Notes: generated from the sequence alone by a model not told the origin. A DNA stretch of 64,000 nucleotides from Pseudomonadota bacterium (GCA_021783995.1 JAJXTH010000005.1:12592-76591); one strand, 5' to 3'; shown: positions 44,095 through 54,889, numbered from the stretch's first letter. Numbers and translations: made by a program.

Positions 44095-45765
44095 ATGGCA
44101 CTGTCATCCCAAAGTATCGATAGAATCATGGCCGAACAACAAATGAGCGCGGCACCCACAATGCTCGGCAACTTTGAGCGTCTTACCCTTCAGCAGAAGA
44201 TGGGGCTGGGCATAGGTGTTGCCGCACTGATCGCATTGCTGATCGGGGCATGGATATGGGGGCAGACCCCCGACTACCGCGTGCTCTACAGCAATCTGTC
44301 GGACAGGGATGGCGGCGCGATCATCGAATCGCTGCAGCAGATGAACATCCCCTACAAGTTCGCCGAAGGCGGCGGTGCGCTGATGGTTCCATCCAGCGAA
44401 GTCCACGAGGCGCGCCTGAAGCTGGCAAGCCAGGGCCTTCCGAAGGGAGGCACCGTTGGGTTTGAGCTGATGGAAAACCAGAAATTCGGCATCACGCAAT
44501 TTGCCGAGCAGGTCAACTACCAGAGAGCACTTGAAGGGGAGCTTGCGCGTTCCGTGCAGACCATAGGCGCCGTGGCTTCCGCGCGCATCCATCTGGCCAT
44601 ACCCAAGCCCAGCGTCTTCGTCAAGGAACAGCAGAAACCCAGCGCCTCCGTTGTTCTCACTTTGCGCGGCGGCAGACTGCTCGACTCGGGGCAGGTTTCC
44701 GCAATCGTCCACCTGATCTCGAGCAGTGTGCCCGATCTCGAGGCCAAGAATGTCACCGTCGTCGATCAGGACGGGACGCTGCTGAGCGCGGGCCAGGATG
44801 ACAATGGCTCGGGCCTGGATGCTAAGCAGATCGAATACGAAAAACAGATCGAACAGGGTTACATCAAGCGCATAGAGAACATTCTGGCCCCGCTCTATGG
44901 CGCCGACAACGTGCGTGCCCAGGTCACGGCGAACATCGATTTCGCGCGCATCGAGCAGACCGCGGAAGTCTACAAACCCAACCCGACGCCTCAGGAGTCC
45001 AGCATACGCAGCCAGCAGAACAGCGAAACGCTGAACGGTTCGGGTCTTTCTGCCAGCGGCGTGCCCGGAGCATTGACCAACCAGCCCCCTGTTCCTGCGA
45101 CCGCACCGATCGTGGCCCCGCCCAATGCGCAGCAAGGGGCTCAGGCTGCCAACGCCCCCAAACTGGACAACCTGCACAAGGAATCCACGGTCAACTATGA
45201 ATTGAACCGCACCATCAGCCACACCGTGATGCCCGTCGGCACGATCAAGCGCCTGTCTGTGGCAGTGGTGGTCAACGACCGCAAGAGCGCAGATGCCAAA
45301 GGAAAATCGAGCTCCAAGCCGCTGAGCGACAAGGAAAAGGCGCAGATAGACCTGCTGGTGAAAGATGCGGTGGGATTCGATACAAGCCGCGGCGACACGC
45401 TGAACATCGAGAATGCATCCTTCAAGGATTACGGGGAAGCAGCGAAAGAGATTCCGATCTGGCAGCAGACGGACATGATAGAATTGGCAAAGCAGATCGC
45501 CAAGTATCTGATCATCACGATCGTCATGCTGCTCGTGGTGTTCAAGGTCATCAAACCCGCATTGCGGCCGCTCGAAGCTTTCAGGGTCGATGAGCATGTG
45601 AACCATGAGCCCGCCCAGGCTGCCGCAGAGCATCCCGAAGAGGAGCCCATCGTGTCCGCACCCGTATCCTATGAGCACAATCTCAATGTCGCCAAGCAGA
45701 TCGCGCAGCAGGAACCCAAGATCGTGGCCAGCGTGATCAAGGAATGGGTGAACGGCAATGAATGA
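44095..45765 (+). CDS. fliF: Flagellar MS-ring protein FliF
   Basis: 556 aa with an N-terminal TM segment followed by DYRVLYSNLSDRDGGAIIESL and a second TM near the C-terminus. The start is uncertain: ATG 44128 or 44143 are alternatives. Confidence 0.9.
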   Translation: MALSSQSIDRIMAEQQMSAAPTMLGNFERLTLQQKMGLGIGVAALIALLIGAWIWGQTPDYRVLYSNLSDRDGGAIIESLQQMNIPYKFAEGGGALMVPSSEVHEARLKLASQGLPKGGTVGFELMENQKFGITQFAEQVNYQRALEGELARSVQTIGAVASARIHLAIPKPSVFVKEQQKPSASVVLTLRGGRLLDSGQVSAIVHLISSSVPDLEAKNVTVVDQDGTLLSAGQDDNGSGLDAKQIEYEKQIEQGYIKRIENILAPLYGADNVRAQVTANIDFARIEQTAEVYKPNPTPQESSIRSQQNSETLNGSGLSASGVPGALTNQPPVPATAPIVAPPNAQQGAQAANAPKLDNLHKESTVNYELNRTISHTVMPVGTIKRLSVAVVVNDRKSADAKGKSSSKPLSDKEKAQIDLLVKDAVGFDTSRGDTLNIENASFKDYGEAAKEIPIWQQTDMIELAKQIAKYLIITIVMLLVVFKVIKPALRPLEAFRVDEHVNHEPAQAAAEHPEEEPIVSAPVSYEHNLNVAKQIAQQEPKIVASVIKEWVNGNE

Positions 45766-46753
45766 GGGCATACAGAACAGTGCCATCTTCCTGATGTCTC
45801 TGGGCGAGAACGAGGCAGCCGAGGTGCTGAAATACCTCGAGCCCAAGGAAGTGCAGAAGATCAGCTCGGCGATGGTCGCGCTGAACAACCTGTCCCGCGA
45901 ACAGATCGCGCAGGTGTTTCACGACTTCCTGGTCACGGCATCAACCAAGACCACGATAGGCCTGGACTCGAATTCCTATATACGCAACATGCTCACCAAG
46001 GCGCTGGGCGATGACAAGGCCGCCGGTTTGCTCGACCGCATCATGCACAACAGCGACACCAGCGGGATAGAGAGCCTGAAGTGGATGGACCCTGGCGCCG
46101 TGGCAGAAATGATAGGCAACGAACATCCCCAGATCATCGCGACCATACTGGTGCACCTGGAAGCCGATCAGGCTGCAAGCATCATGAAGATGTTCACCGA
46201 GCGCACACGCAACGACGTGCTGCTGCGCATCTCGACGCTGGATGGCGTGCAGCCAGTCGCGCTGCGCGAACTGAACGATGTGCTGAGCAAGCTGATGAGC
46301 GGCGGACAGACGGGCAAGAAGACGCTCAAGGGAGGGGTGGCCACTGCAGCGGAAATCCTGAATTTCATGGGCGGCACACTGGAAGCGGAGATGATGGAGA
46401 AGGTGCGCAGCTTCGACCCGGAACTCGCGCAGAAGATCGAAGACAAGATGTTCGTCTTCGAGAACATCCTTGAGATCGATGACAGAGGCATACAGCTCAT
46501 CCTGCGCGAAGTCCAGTCCGAGGCGCTGATCATCGCGCTCAAGGGGTCAAGCGAAGAGCTGCGCGAGAGGATCTTCAAGAACATGTCATCGCGTGCGGCC
46601 GAGATGATGCGCGAGGATCTCGAATCCAAGGGCCCTGTCAAACTGAGCGAGGTCGAATCCAATCAGAAAGAGATACTCAAGATCGTGAAACGCCTGTCTG
46701 ACGATGGCCAGATTGCACTCGGCGGCAAGGGAGAGGAGGATGCCTATGTCTGA
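45758..46753 (+). CDS. fliG: Flagellar motor switch protein FliG
   Basis: 331 aa. EHPQIIATILVHL and the C-terminal torque-helix region RAAEMMREDLE are present. It overlaps the fliF stop codon. Confidence 0.92.
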   Translation: MNEGIQNSAIFLMSLGENEAAEVLKYLEPKEVQKISSAMVALNNLSREQIAQVFHDFLVTASTKTTIGLDSNSYIRNMLTKALGDDKAAGLLDRIMHNSDTSGIESLKWMDPGAVAEMIGNEHPQIIATILVHLEADQAASIMKMFTERTRNDVLLRISTLDGVQPVALRELNDVLSKLMSGGQTGKKTLKGGVATAAEILNFMGGTLEAEMMEKVRSFDPELAQKIEDKMFVFENILEIDDRGIQLILREVQSEALIIALKGSSEELRERIFKNMSSRAAEMMREDLESKGPVKLSEVESNQKEILKIVKRLSDDGQIALGGKGEEDAYV

Positions 46754-47393
46754 ACTCCCGACAGGACAGGTCATTCCAAAGGAACAGCTTACCGCGTTTC
46801 AGCGTTGGGAGCTGGCGTCCTTTGACGTGGCGCCCAAACGCGAACAGGCCGATCCCGCGCCACAGGTTGCATCCCCCGAAGAGCTGCAGAACATCCGGAA
46901 GAAGGCCCATGACGAGGGACATGCCAACGGCTACAACGCGGGATATGCTGCAGGCATGCAGTTGGCGCAGCGTGAAACCGTTGCGCTGCAAACGCTGATG
47001 CAGAATTTGCAAGTCGCGCTCAACCAGGTCGATCAGCAGTTGGCGCAATCGCTGCTGGATCTGTCGCTCGAAATCGCGCACAAGATGACCATTGAAAATC
47101 TGCGGGTCAACCCGGAAGTGATACTCAAGGTGGTCAGCTCCGCCATCAGCAGCCTGCCCCATTTCAACCAGAATGCGCATCTGATCCTGAATCCAGTTGA
47201 CGCAGAACTGGTGCGCAAGGAAATGGGAGAACAGCTTGCGCATTCCGGATGGAAGATTTTCACAGATGCAAAAATCGAACGCGGCGGCTGCCGTGTCGAA
47301 ACTGCGCACAGCCACATCGATGCAACCAATCAGGCGCGCTGGCAGGCCATCGTCGAATCCATCGGACAGGACAGATCATGGCTGAAGACCTGA
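46746..47393 (+). CDS. fliH: Flagellar export ATPase regulator FliH
   Basis: FliH-like sequence ([16 protein letters not shown]...[20 protein letters not shown]). Start chosen at the ATG overlapping the fliG stop codon; 46704 and 46740 are alternatives. Confidence 0.82.
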   Translation: MSELPTGQVIPKEQLTAFQRWELASFDVAPKREQADPAPQVASPEELQNIRKKAHDEGHANGYNAGYAAGMQLAQRETVALQTLMQNLQVALNQVDQQLAQSLLDLSLEIAHKMTIENLRVNPEVILKVVSSAISSLPHFNQNAHLILNPVDAELVRKEMGEQLAHSGWKIFTDAKIERGGCRVETAHSHIDATNQARWQAIVESIGQDRSWLKT

Positions 47394-48832
47394 CGCTGGA
47401 ACTGCCCGAAGAAATCAGGACGAATCGTGAGCCTAGCCCTGCAAGCTTGCGCTGGCAGGCGTTTCTCAACGAGGGAAGAGAATATGTTGCCGGCTGCAAT
47501 GCCATGCCGCCCAGCGGCCACCTGACCAAGGTCACGGGTCTTATGATGGAGGCAGTCGGGCTGCAAATGCCCGTCGGCAGCACTTGCGAAATACATCTGC
47601 CCAATGCAAGGATAGAGGCGGAGGTCGTTGGTTTCTCAGGAGAAAAACTTTTCCTGATGCCAGAAAACGATGTTGCAGGATTGGTACCCGGCGCGCGAGT
47701 GAAGCCGGTTGAACCTGCGCATGCGCTGACCCTGTCTGGCAAACGCAGGCCACCACGCCGCCGCATGTCGGACCATGCCAAGCACATGCCGGTTGGCAAC
47801 ATGCTGCTCGGACGCGTGCTGGATGGTGCTGGAAAACCCCTGGATCAACTGGGACCTTTGCAGGATACAGCCTCAGCACCTCTGCAAAGCCGCCCATTCA
47901 ACCCTCTGGAACGCGCCACGATAGACCAGCCGCTGGATGTCGGCGTGCGAGCGATCAACAGCCTGCTTACTGTCGGACGCGGCCAGCGCATGGGACTCTT
48001 TGCCGGCAGCGGCGTGGGCAAGAGCGTACTGCTGGGGATGATGGCGCGCTATACCAGCGCGGACATCACGGTGGTCGGCCTGATAGGCGAGCGCGGACGC
48101 GAGGTCAAGGAGTTCATAAACGACATACTCGGCCCTGAAGGCATGGCGCGTTCGGTGGTTGTCGCAACGCCCGCCGACACCTCTCCGCTCATGCGTTTGC
48201 AGGGAACGGCCTATGCGACGACCATAGCCGAATATTTCCGGGATCAGGGAAAGAACGTGCTGCTCATCATGGACTCCCTGACAAGGTTTGCGATGGCGCA
48301 GCGGGAAATTGCACTGGCCGTGGGAGAGCCTCCCGCCACCAAAGGATATCCTCCCTCAGTCTTTGCAAAACTGCCGCAGTTAGTCGAACGTGCAGGAAAT
48401 GGCCTCCAGGGCAGCGGATCGATCACCGCATTTTATACTGTTCTCACCGAAGGGGATGATCAGCAGGATCCCATCGCCGATAGCGCGCGCGCCATTCTCG
48501 ACGGCCACATCGTGCTTTCGCGCCGCCTTGTAGAACAGGGACACTACCCGGCAATCGACATCGAAGCTTCTATCAGCCGGGTAATGTCAAGGCTCGCCTC
48601 ACCCGACCACGCCATGTTGACGCAGCGGTTCAAACAGATGTATGCGCATTATCAGCGCAACCGGGACCTGATCAATGTGGGCGCCTATATAGGCGGCAGC
48701 GATCCCTTGCTCGACGAGGCAATCAGGCTCTATCCGAAGATGGAGCTTTTTCTAAAACAGGGTATGCATCAGCAGGATACCTTTGAGTCCAGCATTGCAC
48801 AGCTGGCTGCCCTATTCGAAAAGGCCAACTGA
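47378..48832 (+). CDS. fliI: Flagellum-specific ATPase FliI
   Basis: Walker A GSGVGKS, Walker [10 protein letters not shown], and FliI/F1-beta-like sequence throughout. Start at [12 protein letters not shown]. Confidence 0.92.
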   Translation: MAEDLTLELPEEIRTNREPSPASLRWQAFLNEGREYVAGCNAMPPSGHLTKVTGLMMEAVGLQMPVGSTCEIHLPNARIEAEVVGFSGEKLFLMPENDVAGLVPGARVKPVEPAHALTLSGKRRPPRRRMSDHAKHMPVGNMLLGRVLDGAGKPLDQLGPLQDTASAPLQSRPFNPLERATIDQPLDVGVRAINSLLTVGRGQRMGLFAGSGVGKSVLLGMMARYTSADITVVGLIGERGREVKEFINDILGPEGMARSVVVATPADTSPLMRLQGTAYATTIAEYFRDQGKNVLLIMDSLTRFAMAQREIALAVGEPPATKGYPPSVFAKLPQLVERAGNGLQGSGSITAFYTVLTEGDDQQDPIADSARAILDGHIVLSRRLVEQGHYPAIDIEASISRVMSRLASPDHAMLTQRFKQMYAHYQRNRDLINVGAYIGGSDPLLDEAIRLYPKMELFLKQGMHQQDTFESSIAQLAALFEKAN

Positions 48833-48833
48833 C

Positions 48834-49292
48834 ATGAACAAATCCTTTCCATTGCAGACCCTGCTTGATCTGGCCAATAGCAGAAACGAAGAAGCCACGC
48901 GCCGCCTTGGCAAACTCAACAAGCAGGAGCACGATGCACAAGCGCAGCTTGCAATGCTGCATCAGTATCGCCGCGAATATCAGGAGCGCATGCAATCTAC
49001 AAGCCAGGAGGGGATGGACCCTGCCCTGCTCAGGAACTTCCAGGAATTTATCTACAAGCTGGATGCCGCGATCGCCCAACAGACGAAGGCAGTCGAGCAG
49101 AGCAGGGTTTCCACGCAGATGGGGCGCAGCGAATTCAACAACACGCAGCGCAAATTGAAATCCATTGACACGCTGCAGCAGCGCCACATCGAAACGCAAA
49201 CCAAGATCCAAATCAGGCAGGAACAACGTATCACCGACGAACACACTGGACGCATGAGCGCGTACAAAATCCTCAATACGGAAAACAACTAG
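48834..49292 (+). CDS. fliJ: Flagellar export protein FliJ
   Basis: 152-aa coiled-coil protein. MNKSFPLQTLLDLANSRNEEATRRLGKLN is typical of FliJ. It starts 1 nt after the fliI stop codon. Confidence 0.85.
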   Translation: MNKSFPLQTLLDLANSRNEEATRRLGKLNKQEHDAQAQLAMLHQYRREYQERMQSTSQEGMDPALLRNFQEFIYKLDAAIAQQTKAVEQSRVSTQMGRSEFNNTQRKLKSIDTLQQRHIETQTKIQIRQEQRITDEHTGRMSAYKILNTENN

Positions 49293-49311
49293 GCATTATC
49301 AGGAGACCATC

Positions 49312-50586
49312 ATGATCAAACCCGTGACCAGCGCCCCTCCAGCACCTGCACAACAAGGCGATGCAGGTCCCACCGATGCCTCTGCAGGCGACGCATTCGG
49401 CGCAGTGCTGGCACGGCAAGTCCAGGAAAAGTCGGCTCCGGCAAGTCAGGCAAAGCCAACAAGCAACGCGGCAGCAAATCAGGCACCGGCTGCGGTGATT
49501 CCCTCGCCCGATGTCGCTATTCCGCCTGATGTCGCATCGATCACCATCGCGGCCCTGAACAAGAAAGACAGCAAGCTGCCAGATGCGAAGAGCACTGACA
49601 CTAAAAACCGTCGCGAGCCAGCGTTGCAGACGCCGGATGCGGGCGTCATCATGCCTGTGATCGCATTCGCTCCCGACCTCAGAGCCGTCACAAGCACCGC
49701 TCCTGGCACGGCGGCAGTGAGCACGCCTGTTTCCGCAACTGCCTCGGCATCGGTCGACTCAAAGCTCGGCGCAATTGCCTCGTCACTGGTAGACCCTAAG
49801 CTTGGCGCGGCCGCATCGTCACCGGTAGACCCTAAGCTTGGCGCAACTGCCTCGGCATCGGTCGACCCTAAGCTTGGCGCGGCCGCATCGTCACCGGAAG
49901 ATCCTAAGCTTGGCGCAACTGCCTCGGCATCGGTCGACCCTAAGCTTGGCGCAGCCGCATCTAACCAGCCGCTTTCCCCTCCGAGACTGGATGCCAACGC
50001 ATCGAATACCATGGTCGCTGCCGCCACGAGCGACTTCTCAAGGGTCCTGCAGGATTCGGCCAGCGCGCCTCAACTCAAATCCACGCCTGAAACAAGATTG
50101 AGCGAAGTTCAAGGCGCGCAACTGGCACCTGTGCAATTTGCCATGAATGCGCCGTCGAGTCCGGCTGCCATTTCCGCGCCCTTGAACAGTCCGGCATGGG
50201 CTGGCGAATTTTCACAAAAGATCAGCTGGCTTAGTAACCAGCAGAGCCAGGTTGCGGAGCTGCACCTCAACCCGCCCGATCTCGGCCCCATGCATGTGGT
50301 CATTTCCGTGACGGACAACCAGGCGACTGCGCAATTCTCATCGCCTCACAGCGAAGTGCGGCATGCCATTGAAAACGCGCTTCCTAAACTAAGGGAAAGC
50401 CTGGCCGATAACGGCATCATGCTGGGGAATGCGACGGTCAGCGACCAGACACCGCGCGACAGCAACCGTGAAACCCAGCAGAGGCCCAGCAGCAGAACCA
50501 TCATCAGCACGCCGGAACCGGCTGCAATTAACGTGCCGCAAGTCTCTGTCCGCCGCCATACCGGCATGCTCGACACCTTTGCCTGA
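49312..50586 (+). CDS. fliK: Flagellar hook-length control protein FliK (canonical position)
   Basis: 424 aa with a Pro/Ala/Ser-rich ruler region. The C-terminal domain reads QVAELHLNPPDLGPMHVVISVTDNQATAQFSSPHSEVRHAIENALPKLRESLADNGIMLG. Confidence 0.88.
   Translation: MIKPVTSAPPAPAQQGDAGPTDASAGDAFGAVLARQVQEKSAPASQAKPTSNAAANQAPAAVIPSPDVAIPPDVASITIAALNKKDSKLPDAKSTDTKNRREPALQTPDAGVIMPVIAFAPDLRAVTSTAPGTAAVSTPVSATASASVDSKLGAIASSLVDPKLGAAASSPVDPKLGATASASVDPKLGAAASSPEDPKLGATASASVDPKLGAAASNQPLSPPRLDANASNTMVAAATSDFSRVLQDSASAPQLKSTPETRLSEVQGAQLAPVQFAMNAPSSPAAISAPLNSPAWAGEFSQKISWLSNQQSQVAELHLNPPDLGPMHVVISVTDNQATAQFSSPHSEVRHAIENALPKLRESLADNGIMLGNATVSDQTPRDSNRETQQRPSSRTIISTPEPAAINVPQVSVRRHTGMLDTFA
49735..49950 (+). 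repeat. Six in-frame tandem 36-bp (12-aa) repeats inside fliK
   Basis: The units are ATASASVDSKLG, AIASSLVDPKLG, AAASSPVDPKLG, ATASASVDPKLG, AAASSPEDPKLG and ATASASVDPKLG. The last four units form two nearly identical 72-bp copies at DNA level. Confidence 0.9.
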
Positions 50587-50657
50587 TGACGCAAAAGAGT
50601 ATGGTGATATGTGTAATTTGAGCGATAATCTGCTTATTTTCGAATAGGAATCGCACC

Positions 50658-51221
50658 ATGGCAAAACCAGCCCCAGCCGCTGAAACCGCGGAGGCCGCAG
50701 CGCCACCGAAGAGCAAGAAGAAGCTCATCATGATCATCGTTGCCGTCGTCGTGCTGCTGGCAGGCGGAGGCGCAGCCGCCTATTTCGTGATGAAGCCGTC
50801 GGCAAAGAACGCGGCCAAGGTCGAAGAGGATGCCAAGGTTCCGCCCAAGTTTGTCGAAATAGGCACTTATACCGCCAATCTGATGCGTGAAGACACCGAT
50901 CGCTATCTGCAAATCGGCATCTCCGTGAAGATCACCGATCCGGATCTCGAAGAAAAGATCAAGGCGCAATTGCCGGAGATTCAGAACACGGTCAACCTGC
51001 TGCTGCAGAGCAAATATCCTTCTCAGCTTTCCACCGTGGAAGGCAAGGAAAAGCTTGCAGGCCAGATCAAGGAGCAGATCGAATTCATCCTGGGTCTGCG
51101 CAAATCAGTGCCCACCATACGCTCCGTAGCACCTGGCACGGAAACGCCGCCGACACCGCCTTCAGCGCCTGCCAAGAAGGGCATTGCGGCAGTCTTGTTC
51201 ACTTCGTTTATCATTCAATAG
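50658..51221 (+). CDS. fliL: Flagellar basal body-associated protein FliL
   Basis: 187 aa with a single N-terminal TM segment, followed by FVEIGTYTANL...YLQIGISVKI, the FliL pattern. Confidence 0.85.
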   Translation: MAKPAPAAETAEAAAPPKSKKKLIMIIVAVVVLLAGGGAAAYFVMKPSAKNAAKVEEDAKVPPKFVEIGTYTANLMREDTDRYLQIGISVKITDPDLEEKIKAQLPEIQNTVNLLLQSKYPSQLSTVEGKEKLAGQIKEQIEFILGLRKSVPTIRSVAPGTETPPTPPSAPAKKGIAAVLFTSFIIQ

Positions 51222-51224
51222 GAA

Positions 51225-52217
51225 ATGAGCGAATTTCTTTCACAGGATGAAGTCGACTCCCTGCTCAAGGGAGTGAACGGCGAGACCGACGAGGCACTTG
51301 AACATCCCGAGGAGGCCGCAGGAGAGGTGCGCGCCTACAATCTCGCTTCCCAGGAACGCATCGTGCGCGGGCGCATGCCCACGATGGAGATCATCAACGA
51401 GCGCTTTGCGCGCCTGTTCCGCATCGGTCTTTTCAATTTCATCAGGCGCACACCGGAAATCTCGGTAGGCCCCGTGCGCGTGCTGAAGTTTGGCGAATTC
51501 ATACGCAACATCGCCGTGCCCACCAATCTGAACATCATCCAGGCCAAGCCGCTGCGCGGCAATGGCCTGTTCATCTTCGACCCGAATCTTGTCTTCCTCG
51601 TGGTCGATAACATGTTCGGCGGCGATGGCCGTTTTCACACCCGGGTCGAAGGTCGCGAATTCACGCAGACTGAGCAGCGCATCATACGCAACCTGCTGCA
51701 GGTGGTGTTTGAGGCCTATACCAAGTCATGGGAGACCGTGAATCCGCTCGAATTTGAATTCGTGCGTTCCGAAATGAATCCGCAATTCGCCAATATCGCC
51801 ACACCCAACGAGGTCGTCATCGTCACGACATTCGACATCGAACTCGGCGGAAACGGCGGATCGTTCCATGTCTGCATGCCCTATTCGATGCTCGAACCCA
51901 TCAAGGATCTGCTGTTCAACAATGTTCAGGGCGAACACATGGCTGTGGACAAGCGCTGGCTGCAGCTGCTTTCAAGCCAGGTGAAATGCGCCGAGGTTGA
52001 ATTGACCGCGACGCTGGGGCAGGCCGCCATCACGCTGGAGAAGGTTCTGAAAATGCGCAATGGGGATGTGATCCCGCTGGAAGTGAACGAAAACATCACG
52101 GCATCCGTGGATGGCATACCGGTCATGGAATGCAAGTACGGCGTGTTCAACAATCAATATGCGCTCAGGATCGTGAAGATGCTGACGAACAATGAAGGAG
52201 ACGACAATGTCAGATGA
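51225..52217 (+). CDS. fliM: Flagellar motor switch protein FliM
   Basis: 330 aa with the N-terminal CheY-P binding motif LSQDEVDSLL and the FliM middle and C-terminal domains. Confidence 0.92.
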   Translation: MSEFLSQDEVDSLLKGVNGETDEALEHPEEAAGEVRAYNLASQERIVRGRMPTMEIINERFARLFRIGLFNFIRRTPEISVGPVRVLKFGEFIRNIAVPTNLNIIQAKPLRGNGLFIFDPNLVFLVVDNMFGGDGRFHTRVEGREFTQTEQRIIRNLLQVVFEAYTKSWETVNPLEFEFVRSEMNPQFANIATPNEVVIVTTFDIELGGNGGSFHVCMPYSMLEPIKDLLFNNVQGEHMAVDKRWLQLLSSQVKCAEVELTATLGQAAITLEKVLKMRNGDVIPLEVNENITASVDGIPVMECKYGVFNNQYALRIVKMLTNNEGDDNVR

Positions 52218-52653
52218 TACTGCCATCACCGCTGACGACTGGGGAGCAGCCATGTCGGAACAGGCCGCTGCGGAAAGCGCTACGAGTGCCGACGACTGGG
52301 CCGCCGCGATGGCCGAACAGGAAGCGCCTCCACCGCCAAGCAAGCCGCATGTGTTCGAGAAATTCGGCGGAGGCGGTTCAGGCGCCGCCACCAACGATCT
52401 GGACATGATCCTCGACATCCCCGTGCAGCTGACCGTAGAACTCGGACGCACCAAGATGCCGATCAAGAACCTGCTGCAGCTGGCGCAGGGCTCCGTGGTC
52501 GAACTCTCCGGCATGGCAGGCGAACCGCTGGATGTGATGATCAATGGATTTCTGATTGCCCAGGGGGAAGTCGTGGTCGTCAACGACAAGCTCGGCATAC
52601 GCGTGACCGACATCATCACGCCCTCGGAACGCCTGCGCCGTGTGAACCGCTGA
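52207..52653 (+). CDS. fliN: Flagellar motor switch protein FliN
   Basis: C-terminal SpoA domain (LDMILDIPVQLTVELGRTKMPIKNLLQLAQGSVVEL). Start chosen at the ATG after the SD aaggaga; the track start is 52192. Confidence 0.9.
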   Translation: MSDDTAITADDWGAAMSEQAAAESATSADDWAAAMAEQEAPPPPSKPHVFEKFGGGGSGAATNDLDMILDIPVQLTVELGRTKMPIKNLLQLAQGSVVELSGMAGEPLDVMINGFLIAQGEVVVVNDKLGIRVTDIITPSERLRRVNR

Positions 52654-52655
52654 CC

Positions 52656-53084
52656 ATGAAGCAGCTTTGCATCTTCTTGTTGCTGATCGGGAACTCGGCC
52701 ATGGCAGCCACGCGCCCCATCGAAATGCCTTCGGTGGTCACTACAGGCGGCATGATCAAGATCACGCTGAGCCTGCTCTTCGTGCTGGCCGCAATCGTCG
52801 CGGTTGCCTGGTTTTTGAAGCGCATGAATGTCGCGCAGCAAGGGCGTGGAAATCTGCTCAAGGTCATCGGCAGCGTGGCTGTCGGCCAGCGGGAGCGCGT
52901 CGTGCTTGTTGAAATCAAGGAAACCTGGCTGCTCGTGGGCGTGGGTCCCGGACAAATCCGCACCCTGCACACCCTTGCAAAGGACGACAGCGTCTCCCCC
53001 CTGCCGGATGCAGATCACCAGTTCGGCAAGATACTCTCCTTGCTCAAAAAACGTGCAGCCCAAGGCAGTGAAGATGCTGCGTAG
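52656..53084 (+). CDS. fliO: Flagellar biosynthesis protein FliO
   Basis: 142 aa with a single TM segment. [34 protein letters not shown] is the FliO signature. Confidence 0.85.
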   Translation: MKQLCIFLLLIGNSAMAATRPIEMPSVVTTGGMIKITLSLLFVLAAIVAVAWFLKRMNVAQQGRGNLLKVIGSVAVGQRERVVLVEIKETWLLVGVGPGQIRTLHTLAKDDSVSPLPDADHQFGKILSLLKKRAAQGSEDAA

Positions 53085-53814
53085 GTTGCTGCTTGTTCTG
53101 GCGTTACTCTTCGCAAGCCACGGTGCCTGGGCAGAGATCGCCGTGCCCGCGATCACGAGCAAGGCCGCGGCGGGTGGCGGACAGAGCTATAGCTTGAGCC
53201 TGCAGACACTCCTGCTGCTCACATCGCTGAGTTTTCTGCCGGCCATCCTGCTGATGATGACCTCTTTTACGCGCATCATCATCGTCTTAAGTATGCTGCG
53301 CTCCGCATTGGGTACACCTACTTCGCCGCCCAATCAGGTGCTGATCGGGCTGTCTCTGTTCCTGACTTTTTTCGTGATGTCCCCGGTTTTCGACAAGATA
53401 TACACGGACGCCTATCTTCCCTACAGCGAGAACCGTATGGATTTCCAGCAGGCCATCGATAAAGGGATAGTGCCGCTCAAGACCTTCATGCTGCGCCAGA
53501 CCAGGCAGACCGATCTTGCGCTTTTCGTCAAGATATCGAACAGCGCCCCGCTGCAAAGCGCGGCAGACGTGCCGATGCGCCTGCTGGTTCCTGCCTATGT
53601 GACCAGCGAGCTGAAGACGGCTTTCCAGATCGGTTTTGTGGTGTATATACCGTTTCTGATCATAGACATGGTGGTCGCCAGCATCCTGATGTCCATGGGC
53701 ATGATGATGCTCTCCCCCTCCACCATCTCGCTGCCTTTCAAGATCATGCTGTTTGTACTGGCGGATGGCTGGAACCTGCTCATAGGCTCTCTCGCGCAGA
53801 GCTTCTATACCTGA
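53074..53814 (+). CDS. fliP: Flagellar export apparatus protein FliP
   Basis: Signal peptide [20 protein letters not shown]. Conserved [16 protein letters not shown] and [29 protein letters not shown]. Confidence 0.92.
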   Translation: MLRRLLLVLALLFASHGAWAEIAVPAITSKAAAGGGQSYSLSLQTLLLLTSLSFLPAILLMMTSFTRIIIVLSMLRSALGTPTSPPNQVLIGLSLFLTFFVMSPVFDKIYTDAYLPYSENRMDFQQAIDKGIVPLKTFMLRQTRQTDLALFVKISNSAPLQSAADVPMRLLVPAYVTSELKTAFQIGFVVYIPFLIIDMVVASILMSMGMMMLSPSTISLPFKIMLFVLADGWNLLIGSLAQSFYT

Positions 53815-53824
53815 AGGGAGCGAG

Positions 53825-54094
53825 ATGACGCCGGAATCCGTGATGACGCTGGGCCAGCAGGCCATAGAACTGATCCTGATGCTCGCAGGCCCGCTGCTCC
53901 TGAGCGCCCTGCTCATCGGCCTCGTGGTCAGCGTTTTTCAGGCTGCCACACAGATCAACGAACAGACCCTGTCCTTCATTCCGAAACTCATAGGTATCTT
54001 TGCCGCACTGATATTTCTGGGCCCATGGATGGTCAGCATGATGGTGGATTTCATCCAGAGGCTTTACGGCAACATACCCTGGCTGGCCGGATAA
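53825..54094 (+). CDS. fliQ: Flagellar export apparatus protein FliQ
   Basis: 89 aa, two TM segments. LLIGLVVSVFQAATQINEQTLSFIPKL. Confidence 0.92.
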   Translation: MTPESVMTLGQQAIELILMLAGPLLLSALLIGLVVSVFQAATQINEQTLSFIPKLIGIFAALIFLGPWMVSMMVDFIQRLYGNIPWLAG

Positions 54095-54097
54095 TTC

Positions 54098-54874
54098 ATG
54101 ATCAGCGTAACCAGCGCGCAACTGGACATGTGGCTTGCGGCTTTCCTCTATCCTCTGGTGCGCGTGCTCGCGTTGATCGCGAGCGCGCCCATTTTTGGCG
54201 ACCAGCAAACTCCCGTGCGCGTCAAGATCGGTCTGTCGGTGTTGCTGGCGATACTACTGGGGCCGACGCTTTCCCCCATGCCATCCGTTCCGGTCGGCTC
54301 GATACAGGGCGTTCTCATCATCATTCAGCAGGTCATCATAGGCAGCGCGATGGGTTTCACCGTTCGACTGATCTTCTCTGCGGTGGAACTGGCTGGTGAG
54401 CTTTCGGGCATGCTCATGGGGATAGGTTTTGCCAGTTTCTATGACATCAGGACAGCCAGCAATTCGGCTGTCATCTCGCAATGGCTGGGCATCATCGCTT
54501 CGCTCGTTTTTCTGACCTTGAACGGGCACCTGATGATACTCTCCCTGATCGCAGAGAGCTTCCATGCGCTGCCTGTAGGGCAGATGATGCCCGCGCAAGG
54601 CTACTATGCATTGGTCAAGTGGGGTGCCAGCATCTTCATCTACGGACTGCAGATCTCGCTTCCCTTGCTGGCAGCACTCCTGATCACCAACCTGGCGCTG
54701 GGCATACTGAACCGCGCCGCACAGCAGCTGAACCTGTTCGCGATCGGCTTTCCCATCACACTGACGATAGGCTTTTTGATCCTGAGCGTTTCGCTTCCCT
54801 ACCTTGGACCCATCATGGACAGGATGACCGCCGATGTGATCGCCACTTCGCTCAAGCTCGTGACGCTACCCTGA
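54098..54874 (+). CDS. fliR: Flagellar export apparatus protein FliR
   Basis: 258-aa polytopic membrane protein following fliQ, with a typical FliR sequence pattern. Confidence 0.9.
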   Translation: MISVTSAQLDMWLAAFLYPLVRVLALIASAPIFGDQQTPVRVKIGLSVLLAILLGPTLSPMPSVPVGSIQGVLIIIQQVIIGSAMGFTVRLIFSAVELAGELSGMLMGIGFASFYDIRTASNSAVISQWLGIIASLVFLTLNGHLMILSLIAESFHALPVGQMMPAQGYYALVKWGASIFIYGLQISLPLLAALLITNLALGILNRAAQQLNLFAIGFPITLTIGFLILSVSLPYLGPIMDRMTADVIATSLKLVTLP

Positions 54875-54889
54875 TCCGCTCGGAGTGCA

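Noticed and set aside
44096-44111. Sigma54-like TGGCAC-N5-TCCCA next to the fliF start
   Set aside because: The -12 element lacks the conserved GC. The site coincides with the first fliF codons, or lies only ~15 nt before the alternative start, so it is too close to serve as a promoter.
44104-45888. 594-aa minus-strand ORF, the longest unexplained ORF in the track
   Set aside because: It is exactly antisense to fliF and the fliG start. The sequence is low-complexity and rich in R/H/G/L/D. fliF on the plus strand has clear family signatures. I see no evidence for a genuine overlapping gene, although only ribosome profiling could exclude it.
49735-49950. Regular 36-bp repeats considered as a CRISPR-like array
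   Set aside because: The repeats are contiguous with no spacers, in frame, and inside fliK. They are a coding tandem repeat.
51972-53162. 396-aa minus-strand ORF
   Set aside because: Antisense across fliM, fliN and fliO, all of which are confidently identified. A shadow ORF.
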